From assembly GCA_041660305.1 (NCBI GenBank), contig JBAZWO010000003.1, positions 72,705 through 136,704 on the forward strand: a DNA stretch of 64,000 nucleotides, given 5' to 3'. The first letter of the stretch is position 1. Every line of letters starts with the position of its first letter. Under the pieces are notes generated by a model. That model was given only the letters and a program-made list of their open reading frames with translations. It searched no databases and had not been told where the DNA came from. The translations under genes and the position numbers were made by a program. This stretch comes from Patescibacteria group bacterium. Its GTDB lineage: Bacteria > Patescibacteriota > Patescibacteriia > UBA9570. Positions 7,202-17,036 of this stretch are shown here, piece after piece.

Positions 7202-9913
7202 ATGGTAACTACTCCACCAGCTAAGCGTTTTATGATTGTGGATGGTAACGCGCTTATTCACCGTGCCTTTCATGCCCTGCCTCCATTAACCACAAAATCT
7301 GGCCAATTAGTAAATGCCGTTTATGGCTTTTTTTTAATTCTGTTTAAGGCCATTAAAGAATTGTCACCGGATTATATTGCCATTACCTTTGATGTGGCCG
7401 GTGAAACCTTTCGTAAAAAATTATACCCGGCTTACAAAGCGCAACGTAAAAAACAACCCGATGAATTGTACCAGCAAATAGATATTACTAAAGAAATTAT
7501 TAGTACCCTGAATATTCCGATTTATACATTAGCTGGTGTAGAAGCCGATGACGTGATTGGCACAATTGTAACCCAAATTCCAGAAAATATCACCAGCTAT
7601 ATTGTAACCGGCGATGCTGATGCCCTGCAATTAGTAAATGAACACACAAAAGTATTTACGTTACGTAAAGGCATGAGCGACACGGTTATTTATGATGTGG
7701 CCGGCGTAACCAAAAAATATAGCGGTTTAACCCCTGAACAACTAATTGATTATAAGGCGTTACGCGGCGATCCTTCTGATAATATTCCTGGTATTCACGG
7801 CATTGGCGAAAAAGGCGCTATTAACTTATTGTTAAAATATCATACATTAGACGCGGTGCTAGCTCATGCTCACGAATTAGCTGGTAGCTTGCAAAAAAAA
7901 GTAGCTACTGGCCAAGCTGACGCTGAACTATCTAAACAATTAGCTACTATTAACTGTGCTGTGCCAATTAAATTTAACTTAACCGACACGATCATTCCTA
8001 ATTATGATACAACAAAAGTAATTACGTTATTACAACAATATGAATTTAAATCACTCATTAAATTATTACCGAGTTTTGGTAAAACCAATACTACTGTTGA
8101 ACAAAATAATTCCAATTATAACAAACCCACTTCAACTAATCATTATATATTAATTGATTCAGCTAACAAAGCTAAAGAGCTGGCCAAACAATTAGCCAAC
8201 ACCGCCGGTTTTGCGTTTGATACTGAAACTACCAGCTTAGATACATTACAATGCTCCTTAGTAGGCTTTAGTGTCTGCTGGCAACCAGACACAGCTTATT
8301 TTGTATTAGCTGAATACGTTGCCTATTTTAAAACTGTATTTGAAAATTCACACATAAAAAAAATTGGTCATAATGCTAAATTTGATTATCAAGTGTTAAA
8401 AACTACCACCCAAATTACCGTGCAAGGTTTAGTGTTTGATACGATGTTAGCTGCTTATTTGTTGCGCCCGGGTAGCCGTGGTTATGGTTTAGATGCTCTA
8501 GCCTTTAATGAATTTGGTTATCAAATGATGAGTTACAATGACCTGGTTAAAAATAACGACGGTAAAACTACTATACCAATTACAGCCGTAGCTAAAGATA
8601 AGTTAACTTTTTACGCCGCTGAAGATGCCTATTATACTTGGAAATTATACGATCGCTTAAAAACAGCTATTACCAAAAATAATTTAGCTGCTATTTTGGA
8701 AATGGAAGTAGCCTTAATTCCCGTGCTAGCTAACATGGAACACGCTGGCATTGCTATAGATTTATCCTATCTAAAACAATTTAGTATTAAATTACATAAA
8801 CAAATTTCTACTTTAGAGAAAAAAATTCATGCCTTAGCTGGCAGTGAGTTTAATATAGCTTCACCAAAACAATTAAAAGAAATTTTATTTACCAAATTAA
8901 ACATTAATCAACACGGTTTGGCTAAAACCAAAACCGGTATTTCTACCGCCGCAGCGGAACTAGAAAAAATGCGTGATTTACACCCGATTATTCCTTTTAT
9001 TAGTGATTACCGCGAATTAACTAAGCTAGCTTCTACGTATGTAGATGCGTTACCAAAATTAGTTTCACCTAAAACTAACCGCGTGCATACTCATTTTAAC
9101 CAAACCATTGCTGCCACCGGCCGATTATCTTCCTCTAATCCAAATCTGCAAAACATTCCGATTCGTACAGAATTGGGCCGTGAAATTCGTCGCGCCTTTA
9201 TTGCTCCATCGGGCTATCAATTACTCTCCTTAGATTATTCTCAAATTGAATTGCGCATCGTAGCTCATTTAGCTAATGATCCTGAATTTATCAATAGTTT
9301 TAAACAGAATACTGATATTCACACTCAAACTGCCGCTGCATTAAACAATTTGCCAATTAACCAGGTTACTAAAGAACTACGTCGAGCCGCTAAATCGGTA
9401 AACTTTGGTATTCTTTACGGCATGGGTGCACATGGTTTAGTCCGTGATGCTGGCATTTCAGTAGCCGAAGCCAAACAATATTTAGCCAAATATTTTACGT
9501 TACATCCGGCTATTCAACAGTATATTGAACAAACTAAACAACAAGCCCATACTAATGGCTATGTAGAAACATTATTTGGTCGTAAACGCTACTTACCAGA
9601 TTTGCAATCTGGTATGCCTATGTTACGCGCCGCGGCTGAACGCGCGGCCGTTAACATGCCAATACAAGGCACCGCGGCTGATTTAATAAAACTGGCCATG
9701 CTAGAAATTGCTAAACAAATTACCGCTGGCAACATTAACACTATTATGTTACTACAAGTGCACGATGAATTAGTGTTTGAAGTACTAACTGATAATTTAT
9801 TACCTACTGCTCAAGCTTTAAAAGAAATTATGGAACAAATTTACACCTTAGCCGTACCTTTATGTGTAGCTGTTAAAACTGGTACTAACTGGAACGAACT
9901 AAAACCACTATGA
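7202..9913 (+). CDS. polA: DNA polymerase I (5'-nuclease, 3'-5' exonuclease and polymerase domains)
   Basis: FMIVDGNALIHRAFHA (5' nuclease), FAFDTETTSLD (Exo I), and RRAAKSVNFGILYGM and QVHDELVFE (pol motifs B and C). ATG 7202 is preferred over the TTG at 7184. Confidence 0.95.
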   Translation: MVTTPPAKRFMIVDGNALIHRAFHALPPLTTKSGQLVNAVYGFFLILFKAIKELSPDYIAITFDVAGETFRKKLYPAYKAQRKKQPDELYQQIDITKEIISTLNIPIYTLAGVEADDVIGTIVTQIPENITSYIVTGDADALQLVNEHTKVFTLRKGMSDTVIYDVAGVTKKYSGLTPEQLIDYKALRGDPSDNIPGIHGIGEKGAINLLLKYHTLDAVLAHAHELAGSLQKKVATGQADAELSKQLATINCAVPIKFNLTDTIIPNYDTTKVITLLQQYEFKSLIKLLPSFGKTNTTVEQNNSNYNKPTSTNHYILIDSANKAKELAKQLANTAGFAFDTETTSLDTLQCSLVGFSVCWQPDTAYFVLAEYVAYFKTVFENSHIKKIGHNAKFDYQVLKTTTQITVQGLVFDTMLAAYLLRPGSRGYGLDALAFNEFGYQMMSYNDLVKNNDGKTTIPITAVAKDKLTFYAAEDAYYTWKLYDRLKTAITKNNLAAILEMEVALIPVLANMEHAGIAIDLSYLKQFSIKLHKQISTLEKKIHALAGSEFNIASPKQLKEILFTKLNINQHGLAKTKTGISTAAAELEKMRDLHPIIPFISDYRELTKLASTYVDALPKLVSPKTNRVHTHFNQTIAATGRLSSSNPNLQNIPIRTELGREIRRAFIAPSGYQLLSLDYSQIELRIVAHLANDPEFINSFKQNTDIHTQTAAALNNLPINQVTKELRRAAKSVNFGILYGMGAHGLVRDAGISVAEAKQYLAKYFTLHPAIQQYIEQTKQQAHTNGYVETLFGRKRYLPDLQSGMPMLRAAAERAAVNMPIQGTAADLIKLAMLEIAKQITAGNINTIMLLQVHDELVFEVLTDNLLPTAQALKEIMEQIYTLAVPLCVAVKTGTNWNELKPL

Positions 9914-10824
9914 TTATTTTTATTCACGGTACAGATACTTTCCGAGTTCATGAACGAGTATTAGCATTACAAGCGGCTTTTCGTAAAAAATTTAAACAAG
10001 CTAGTTGTCAACTTAATCAATTTGAAGCTAAGCAATTAACTGAAGAAACTTTACGTAAAATTTTACTAACGCCTGGTTTGTTCGCCATTAAACGATTTGT
10101 TCTAATAAAAAATGTACTAGCTTTGCCAAATAAATTAGAAGCTTTATTTTGTACCACATTACAACGTAGTAATCCTGATACTATTATTGTTTGTACCGCT
10201 GAACAACTACCAAAAACTGTTACACCATTAACCAAGTTACTTTTAGCTAGTAAAACTATTGAGGCTTACTCATTATTAAAACCGGTCGAATTAAACACTT
10301 GGATAAAAAAACGTTGTGCTCTACAGCAAGTTACTATTACTCCTGATGCTATAATATTTTTAACCCAAAGCCTAGGTAATGATTTATGGTTATTACATAA
10401 TACCATAGTCCAATTAACACATTATACTAAAACTATCACTCTTGAGACCGTGCGTTTATTTGTATTATCACCATTAGATGAAAATATTTTTCATTTTACC
10501 GATGCCTTGGCCGAACGCAACACCGCTAAAGCCCTGCGCTTATTACATGAACAATTGAGTGGTGACGTTAATATTTTTTATTTACTCACCATGATGGCTC
10601 GCCAAATTAGTTTACTAATTCAAGTAAAAGAACCAACTAGTGATACTAAAACCATTCACCCATTTGTATTAAAAAAAACTCAACAACATGCTCAACATTT
10701 TAGTCTAACAACTTTACTTAACTTGCATAAAGACATTACTACTATTGATGCTCAACTAAAAAGCCAACCTGTTTCATCTAAGTTATTACTAGACCGTTTT
10801 GTAATTCGTTGTACTACGCTTTAG
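9910..10824 (+). CDS. holA: DNA polymerase III delta subunit
   Basis: 304 aa. The N-terminus MIIFIHGTDTFRVHERVLAL..F and the overall length and pattern are typical of HolA. An ATGA overlap links it to polA. Confidence 0.7.
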   Translation: MIIFIHGTDTFRVHERVLALQAAFRKKFKQASCQLNQFEAKQLTEETLRKILLTPGLFAIKRFVLIKNVLALPNKLEALFCTTLQRSNPDTIIVCTAEQLPKTVTPLTKLLLASKTIEAYSLLKPVELNTWIKKRCALQQVTITPDAIIFLTQSLGNDLWLLHNTIVQLTHYTKTITLETVRLFVLSPLDENIFHFTDALAERNTAKALRLLHEQLSGDVNIFYLLTMMARQISLLIQVKEPTSDTKTIHPFVLKKTQQHAQHFSLTTLLNLHKDITTIDAQLKSQPVSSKLLLDRFVIRCTTL

Positions 10825-11086
10825 CTTTTAAAAAACTATTCACCTTTTTCATGAGCCGTGATTTTTTACGCGCTCCGGTGTTAGCATGCAACGTGCCTTT
10901 CTGTACGGCTTTATCAATAGCGGTACAAGCTAACTGAGCCTGTTTCACAGCGTCTGTTTCGGCCTGTTGTACAGCGGTTAAACTTTTTTTAATTAATTCA
11001 CGTACAATACGTTTACGATTTTTATTACGCTCGGTTAATTTGCGAGATTGCCGTAAGGCCTTATAAGCCGACGCTTTGATTGGCAT
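10814..11086 (-). CDS. rpsT: 30S ribosomal protein S20
   Basis: 90 aa: MPIKASAYKALRQSRKLTERNKNRKR.... Confidence 0.9.
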   Translation of the reverse strand: MPIKASAYKALRQSRKLTERNKNRKRIVRELIKKSLTAVQQAETDAVKQAQLACTAIDKAVQKGTLHANTGARKKSRLMKKVNSFLKAKA

Positions 11087-11183
11087 GAGATAATATTGCT
11101 TAAATAAATTAGTTCTGCTATTATAACATATAGCTAGAAAATAGCAATGGTTTGTTAAAAAACGGGTAGCAAAAAGACAAAAT

Positions 11184-11212
11184 TTGACAAGTTACAAGAT
11201 ATATATTATACT
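11184..11212 (+). promoter_or_regulatory. Sigma70-type promoter (TTGACA-17-TATACT)
   Basis: TTGACA at 11184-11189 and TATACT at 11207-11212, upstream of the solitary pilin-like gene. Confidence 0.5.
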
Positions 11213-11266
11213 TTAGAATGTCTAAAAAAATAATTAATTAATAAAGCAAAAAGTCAAAAACAATTT

Positions 11267-11701
11267 ATGACTATACTCAACAACAAATTTGCTAAATACC
11301 TCTTTGTAGGTATTGCTAGTTTATTACTTACCGGAGCTTTATCCGCTTCCGTAAGCGCTGAAGAAACAGCAGCAGACACAGGTTCTGCTACTATTGATGA
11401 TATTGGTGGAAGTGATTTAGATGCAAATCTTATTTTGGGTAATACAGACCCAGAACAAATAATTATATCCATTATTAATTGGGTATTAGGTGTTTTAGCA
11501 TTAGTTGCCGTAATCATTCTTTTAGTCGGTGGCTTCCAATGGATGACAGCCGGTGGTAATGAAGAAAAAGTAGAAGGCGCTAAAAAACGCTTAACTGCCG
11601 GTCTCATTGGCTTAGTTATCATTCTAGCGGCCTGGGGCGTTTCAGTGTATGTTATTGAGAACTTACTTAATATTACTAACGCTGAGGCACCAGCAGCTTA
11701 A
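11267..11701 (+). CDS. T4SS-pilin-like (TrbC/VirB2-type) small secreted membrane protein, solitary paralogue
   Basis: Signal peptide, then helix - GGFQWMTAGGNEEKVEGAKKRL - helix. This is the same core seen in the 23.6-28.3 kb cluster. Confidence 0.75.
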   Translation: MTILNNKFAKYLFVGIASLLLTGALSASVSAEETAADTGSATIDDIGGSDLDANLILGNTDPEQIIISIINWVLGVLALVAVIILLVGGFQWMTAGGNEEKVEGAKKRLTAGLIGLVIILAAWGVSVYVIENLLNITNAEAPAA

Positions 11702-11721
11702 GCTAAAAACTAGCTTTAGTA

Positions 11722-11753
11722 AAAACCCCGCCCTAAGTGAAGGACGGGGTTTT
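11722..11753. terminator. Bidirectional rho-independent terminator between convergent genes
   Basis: AAAACCCCGCC..loop..GGACGGGGTTTT, with an A-run before the stem and a T-run after it. Confidence 0.6.
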
Positions 11754-11770
11754 TGTTTAAACCAATGAAA

Positions 11771-13294
11771 TTATTGTATAGCAAAAATACTTGCTTCGTT
11801 ATCATGATAAACCAAAACCGCTTGCTTAGATTTTTTAATTAACTGATACATAGAACGATGATCTTGCTCAATAAATACATATTTAACATTAAGTTTATGC
11901 AACGCTGCATCGATATCTTCATTATACTTACCAATTGTAATATTCACCCATAGCCAATACAATTCTTGATTATACCTATACATGAACGTGGGATCCAAAC
12001 CAGCCATATAAGCGTGCTTACTATCATAATAAAATAATGACGGAAAATCATCCCAATCACTGTGCAACACTTTAGTATGTGGTTCACCATGACTAGCTAG
12101 CCAACTGGCCGCCGCTTGATATTTATTTATTGGAATACCACCACGTACATCGTTCATATTCTGCTGTTGATCTTTTACAATAATCGGTAACACTTGAATA
12201 AATACCACTACTAGTAACGCTACACTGCTCAATAAGGGTCGTAAGGCGCCAGTTAGCCAACGTTTAACTTGCCACCAAGTAATATCTAAATGATCTAGCC
12301 AAATTGCAGCCGCTATAGTGATAAATGGTCCAAAATATTCCACATAGCGCCGTGATTTAAACGTTAACACTGTTCCAATAACAGCCAATCCTAGGCCAAA
12401 CCAATCTAATTGTGTTAAGCGTTTACGTTTAATAATAATAGTTAGTAATCCACCCAGCGCACTAATGGTTAGTAATAGCGAGCTTAATAATAATTGGCTA
12501 GGCTCGTACGGATACCATTCCGAACCCACTCCAATTTTATCTTGATAGTTAATAATGCCAATTTGCACAAGTTGATCCCAATAAAAATATAAATTATTTG
12601 GAAAATATGGATTAATAATTACACCTAAAATCATTCCTCCTAATACTGCTCCGATTAATTTACTTTGTTCCAACCAAAAATCACGCTGCCGCCAAGTACT
12701 ATTAGTGACTATTGTGATACATTGGCTAATGAACCAGGTTAATGTAATAATTAAAGCTATGGCAAAGCCACCATATGTCCACACATAAACTACATTTAAA
12801 ACCATTAACCAATAATATTTACGCTGCGCCAAACACCAAATAATACCATATAATAATATTAACGACAACGGCGTGGCTTTTACTAAATTCATGCGAAACG
12901 TAAACGTTACTGTTAAGGCTAGTAAAACACTCATGGGTAACCACCAACGTAATTTAAGCGCCCATAATAAGCGCGCTAACAACACAAGCGCTAATGTGCC
13001 TAATAAGCTGGCAAATATTTTTATGCCAACAAATGCGTTACCAAATGTCACGAATGGAATCATTAACACATGAAATAATAAATGTTGATCGATATAATGT
13101 TGGCTTAAAGTAGTATATGGTAACCACCAAAAATCTTTAATCACCCCTTGTTGCACCATTAATTGTGCCATTTTCATGTGATAAAATGCATCTGGATCGG
13201 CTAGCTTATCAGATAACTGATTGTTAATAAATAACAAAAAAATACTTCCAGCTAAAATTGCAAAAACAAGCCGTGTTAACCATGGTGATTTCAT
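11771..13294 (-). CDS. Polytopic membrane protein, putative GT-C-fold glycosyltransferase (paralogue 2)
   Basis: 507 aa with more than 10 hydrophobic helices. The first loop reads DPDAFYHMKMAQLM, and there is a soluble C-terminal domain. It is a paralogue of the upstream gene. Confidence 0.5.
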   Translation of the reverse strand: MKSPWLTRLVFAILAGSIFLLFINNQLSDKLADPDAFYHMKMAQLMVQQGVIKDFWWLPYTTLSQHYIDQHLLFHVLMIPFVTFGNAFVGIKIFASLLGTLALVLLARLLWALKLRWWLPMSVLLALTVTFTFRMNLVKATPLSLILLYGIIWCLAQRKYYWLMVLNVVYVWTYGGFAIALIITLTWFISQCITIVTNSTWRQRDFWLEQSKLIGAVLGGMILGVIINPYFPNNLYFYWDQLVQIGIINYQDKIGVGSEWYPYEPSQLLLSSLLLTISALGGLLTIIIKRKRLTQLDWFGLGLAVIGTVLTFKSRRYVEYFGPFITIAAAIWLDHLDITWWQVKRWLTGALRPLLSSVALLVVVFIQVLPIIVKDQQQNMNDVRGGIPINKYQAAASWLASHGEPHTKVLHSDWDDFPSLFYYDSKHAYMAGLDPTFMYRYNQELYWLWVNITIGKYNEDIDAALHKLNVKYVFIEQDHRSMYQLIKKSKQAVLVYHDNEASIFAIQ

Positions 13295-14841
13295 AAATCT
13301 GGTGTTAATTTATATATTTCAGTAGTACTATCTCTAAACACGCATTGAACCTGTGGATCGCGCATAAGATACGCCAAAAATAAGTGCGTACGCTTATTAG
13401 TACGGTCTATAAAAACATATTTAGCACCAAATTCTTTATTAATTATCTGCACTAAATTAGTTTTTATTTCTCCTTTACCAATCTCTCGCCAACGCCGATA
13501 CAAACCTGGATCATGTAAATACATAAACGTAGCATCTAAACCAATCATATAATAATTTTGCGTATTATGATAAAACAAAATTGGCCAATCATCCCATTCC
13601 GCATTAAACACTAAATCACCGGCTTGACTATTTTTTGCCAAATAATCGCTGGCCGCGGCATAGTTATTAAGAACAAAGCCGCGTTGCAAACTTTCCTGTG
13701 CTATCCAGACTGCCCTACCCCAAGTAAATATGCTGGCTAAACTTAAATAAATAATAAATGGCCAATATAATTTACCTAATTGTACTCGCAACCAAGCTAA
13801 ACGCACTCGCCATAAACCAGCTTGTAATTGTGGTACCACTAAATAACAACACCACAGCCATAGTATTGGCACAAAGTATTCCACATAACGTCGCGACCGT
13901 AAGGTAATAATTCCGAACAAACCGATTAACAATAATAAACCTAAATTAAATTTATCTACATTATATTTACTCCATTCTCGCACCAATACTACACCGGCTC
14001 CCACCCCACCAATTAACAAAATACTAACCGCACCAACTAAATCACCTAGCTGAAACGGATACCATTCAGCCCCTACTTCAATAACATTCTGATAATTCAC
14101 TAACCCAATCTGCACAAATTGCTGCCAATAAAACACTAAATTACCTGGAAAATAAGGATTCAATACTAATCCTAAAACAATCCCTGTGCTGGTACACCAA
14201 ATTGGTCGTGGATCACCCAAACTCAAACGTTTGGCTTTAATACTACGGGCTAATGTATCGGCCAATACCAAACTAAACGCCAACACTAACGCTAACGCAA
14301 AGCCACCGTGCGCATAAACATAAATCATACTAGCTAACATTGCCCAATAATAATTGGAGCGTAACAACAACCATAACACCAAAAAAAACAGTAGCAAAGC
14401 TAATGGGGTGGCTTTTAATAACGTTAAGCGAATTAAAAATGGTGAAATTCCTAACAACGGAACTAGTGCTAATAACACGCTGTTGTTTAATTTAGGCAAT
14501 AATGTCTTTAAGATTAACAACAACACATTAACCACTAAAACTAATAATATTACCTGAATTATTTTTAGCGCTACTATTGGTTCAAACCACTGTAATAACG
14601 GTATCACTAACACATGATACAATAAATGTTGGTCGGTAAATTGTTGCGCTAGCATGGTATTATGTAACCAAGGAAATTGATACAACAAGCCTTGTTCAGC
14701 CATTAGAGCGCTAATCCGCGCGTGATAAAAAGAATCCGGATCGGGCATATTCGCTTGCCATTGTAACAAGCCAAAAAACCAGCCTACGGTAACTGTAGCA
14801 ATGCTGTACAACCAAACAGACTGTTTAAGCTTTAAGCGCAT
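13291..14841 (-). CDS. Polytopic membrane protein, putative GT-C-fold glycosyltransferase (paralogue 1)
   Basis: 516 aa. DPDSFYHARISALM..FTDQHLLYHVLVIPL aligns with DPDAFYHMKMAQLM..YIDQHLLFHVLMIPF of the neighbour. A 4-nt overlap links the two genes. Confidence 0.5.
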   Translation of the reverse strand: MRLKLKQSVWLYSIATVTVGWFFGLLQWQANMPDPDSFYHARISALMAEQGLLYQFPWLHNTMLAQQFTDQHLLYHVLVIPLLQWFEPIVALKIIQVILLVLVVNVLLLILKTLLPKLNNSVLLALVPLLGISPFLIRLTLLKATPLALLLFFLVLWLLLRSNYYWAMLASMIYVYAHGGFALALVLAFSLVLADTLARSIKAKRLSLGDPRPIWCTSTGIVLGLVLNPYFPGNLVFYWQQFVQIGLVNYQNVIEVGAEWYPFQLGDLVGAVSILLIGGVGAGVVLVREWSKYNVDKFNLGLLLLIGLFGIITLRSRRYVEYFVPILWLWCCYLVVPQLQAGLWRVRLAWLRVQLGKLYWPFIIYLSLASIFTWGRAVWIAQESLQRGFVLNNYAAASDYLAKNSQAGDLVFNAEWDDWPILFYHNTQNYYMIGLDATFMYLHDPGLYRRWREIGKGEIKTNLVQIINKEFGAKYVFIDRTNKRTHLFLAYLMRDPQVQCVFRDSTTEIYKLTPDL

Positions 14842-15865
14842 GTTTAAAATAATCTACCCATGGAATTGGTGAAGGATCAATTTCGTTTAACATGGCCAAG
14901 TAAAAACTAACGTAACTACCCCACTGCAACACCTCAAATGATTGCGTTAATTTTGTATCAGCTTGCGTTATAAAATTAGTATATTCTAATTTATTTTTTT
15001 CTATCACTTGTTTAGTAACAGCAAAGCGTTTTTGGACTCGTTCGTGATAAAGTTTAGATTCCACTAATACAAATTTTAAATTTTTATTAGCTTCATTTGG
15101 ATTACCTAACCCCTCCATTAAATGATGGTTTAATTCTGGAATGGCATAAATTGTAGAAAAATTTTTGCCATTTTCGTTGGTTTGATTGGATAAAACATGT
15201 AAATTACCCATTAAAAATTCGCTCCCTACATATACTGGAATTTTATCATAGAGCGCTTGAGCTGTTTTAATCGCCTGCTCTTTTAAATGTTCTTTATTAT
15301 TATCCAAATAATGAATCACCTCATTAATTTGTTGCTCGGTGAGTTTAATCAAGTTAATCATGGTCAGTAACCGCATTAACCCAGTAACCGCGTATCCCAC
15401 CGCAATGCGTGGTTGATTACACGGATTATACGTTGGGTTAATAATATACCCCGGTAAATTATTTTGCTCTTTAAATGTTTTTAATTCACCACCAGTAGTA
15501 ACAACTAAAATTTTCTTGGTTTTCTGTTGAATAGTTTTAGCTATTTCTAATGTTTCTTCAGTTGTGCCAGAATAACTAGATAACACCACTAACGTGTTAG
15601 CATCCACAAAAGTCGGTACATGATAATTATTTTCAATTAATAACGGTACGGTTAATTTATCCGAAAATACATTACGAATAATATCCGCTCCTAATATGGA
15701 GCCGCCCATGCCAAACACTACTATTTTATTCACGTTCTTATAAGCCACCGGCATCGTTGTATTTTCCGCTTCCGCCCAAGCATGCTCTACTTGTTTAGCC
15801 AGCCTGTCAATGGATGGCAACATGCCTTGGGTATCTAGTTGTTTGATTGTTTCTGGATTAATCAT
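14825..15865 (-). CDS. Bifunctional phosphoglucose/phosphomannose isomerase (SIS domain)
   Basis: VVFGMGGSILGADI and SYSGTTEETL SIS motifs. Length and C-terminal region are typical of the bifunctional PGI/PMI family. Confidence 0.75.
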   Translation of the reverse strand: MINPETIKQLDTQGMLPSIDRLAKQVEHAWAEAENTTMPVAYKNVNKIVVFGMGGSILGADIIRNVFSDKLTVPLLIENNYHVPTFVDANTLVVLSSYSGTTEETLEIAKTIQQKTKKILVVTTGGELKTFKEQNNLPGYIINPTYNPCNQPRIAVGYAVTGLMRLLTMINLIKLTEQQINEVIHYLDNNKEHLKEQAIKTAQALYDKIPVYVGSEFLMGNLHVLSNQTNENGKNFSTIYAIPELNHHLMEGLGNPNEANKNLKFVLVESKLYHERVQKRFAVTKQVIEKNKLEYTNFITQADTKLTQSFEVLQWGSYVSFYLAMLNEIDPSPIPWVDYFKHALKA

Positions 15866-15928
15866 AGGGATTTAGTATAGCAGTTACGTGATAAATTCCA
15901 AGTACTGTAATTATCTTGATTTTATTAA

Positions 15929-16204
15929 TTAAAATAATTCCGCGTGAGAACCTAAACGTAACAGATAAATAAATTTAGCAGTAGTATCTACTTCGAAAAT
16001 TAACAATATATCAGGCTGAACATGGCATTCGTAACAACCGGAAAAATAACCCTTTAATCGATGTAACTGATATTTTGGCTCTAAAACAATCTGCTGTTGT
16101 AATTTTTCCAACACATACTCTAAGCGCTTAATCCGAAATTGCGGATTACGTTGCATGTGTTTAATATCTTTTTTGAACTGATGAGAATACGTTAATGCAA
16201 ACAT
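15929..16204 (-). CDS. yafQ: YafQ family toxin (RelE superfamily mRNA interferase)
   Basis: 91 aa: HRLKGYFSGCYECHVQPDILLIFEV......YLLRLGSHAELF. Confidence 0.85.
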   Translation of the reverse strand: MFALTYSHQFKKDIKHMQRNPQFRIKRLEYVLEKLQQQIVLEPKYQLHRLKGYFSGCYECHVQPDILLIFEVDTTAKFIYLLRLGSHAELF

Positions 16205-16210
16205 AACTCA

Positions 16211-16486
16211 TTAATTCATGGCCTCACGCAATAAAGCTTTGGTGGATTGAAAACTTTTTCTGTTCGCTCGAGCAGTTCTTTGAGCTAAACGCAAAACATT
16301 GGCCTGTTCTGGACGAAATCCATTCACATCGCGTAGCTCTAATGGAAACGTGCCAGTGGCAGCAATTTGTTTACATAAAATTTTAATCGCCGTACTTAAA
16401 TCTAAACCCAACTCGTTCAACACCAATTGAACTGAGCGTTTGGTAAGCGTATCAATTCTAATTTGTATTTGTGTAGTAGTATTCAT
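16211..16486 (-). CDS. dinJ: DinJ/RelB family antitoxin
   Basis: QIRIDTLTKRSVQLVLNELGLDLSTAIKILCKQI is an RHH DinJ pattern. ATG 16486 is preferred over the TTG at 16504 because a promoter -10 box lies 6 nt upstream of it. Confidence 0.8.
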   Translation of the reverse strand: MNTTTQIQIRIDTLTKRSVQLVLNELGLDLSTAIKILCKQIAATGTFPLELRDVNGFRPEQANVLRLAQRTARANRKSFQSTKALLREAMN

Positions 16487-16492
16487 ATTTAT

Positions 16493-16543
16493 AGTGTATT
16501 GCAAATATATTGATTTGTCAATACAGTAAAAATACGTTATAGT
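16493..16543. promoter_or_regulatory. Back-to-back divergent promoters sharing one palindromic -35 (TTGTCAA)
   Basis: Plus strand: TTGTCA 16515-16520, 17 nt, TATAGT 16538-16543, then 7 nt to ATG 16551. Minus strand: TTGACA (rc of 16516-16521), 17 nt, TACACT (rc of 16493-16498), then 6 nt to ATG 16486. Confidence 0.55.
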
Positions 16544-16550
16544 GAGTTAG

Positions 16551-17036
16551 ATGTCTGATTCTACCGTATTATACCCACTTATCACCCTAAACGCCCTGCC
16601 ATTATTAGCTTGGTTTGGCTTAGGTATTATTTTACAAACCGGTATAGTTATTTGGCAACAACGTCAAGCTAAAACTAACCTTAATACCACCATTCATAAT
16701 TACACTATTGTATTATTGTTGATATTTTATTGGTATTATTTTCTTACCATTATTTATCCAACTACTATTATGCCAGAAATATTATTGCCTGTAACTTTAT
16801 TCTGTAGTGTTATTATAGTAATATTGCTAGCCGTACAACGTTTTGTAGGTAAACACTGGCAAAAACTATTATCATTTTTATCAATGAGCCTGGCGTTATT
16901 GTTGCAACTAATTATTTTTCTACAACCAAATCAGCTAACCCTACCGGCTATTTTACAATTATTACTTAGCGGCATGTTGTTGGTTCAAGTATTTACACAA
17001 GCACGCGCTATGCTACTATGGTTAAATGACAAATAA
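16551..17036 (+). CDS. Integral membrane protein, unknown function
   Basis: 161 aa with about 5 hydrophobic helices. Confidence 0.5.
   Translation: MSDSTVLYPLITLNALPLLAWFGLGIILQTGIVIWQQRQAKTNLNTTIHNYTIVLLLIFYWYYFLTIIYPTTIMPEILLPVTLFCSVIIVILLAVQRFVGKHWQKLLSFLSMSLALLLQLIIFLQPNQLTLPAILQLLLSGMLLVQVFTQARAMLLWLNDK

Noticed and set aside
11254-11622. 122-aa minus-strand ORF overlapping the solitary pilin-like gene
   Set aside because: It is antisense to a gene with a clear promoter, signal peptide and conserved core, and it has no features of its own.
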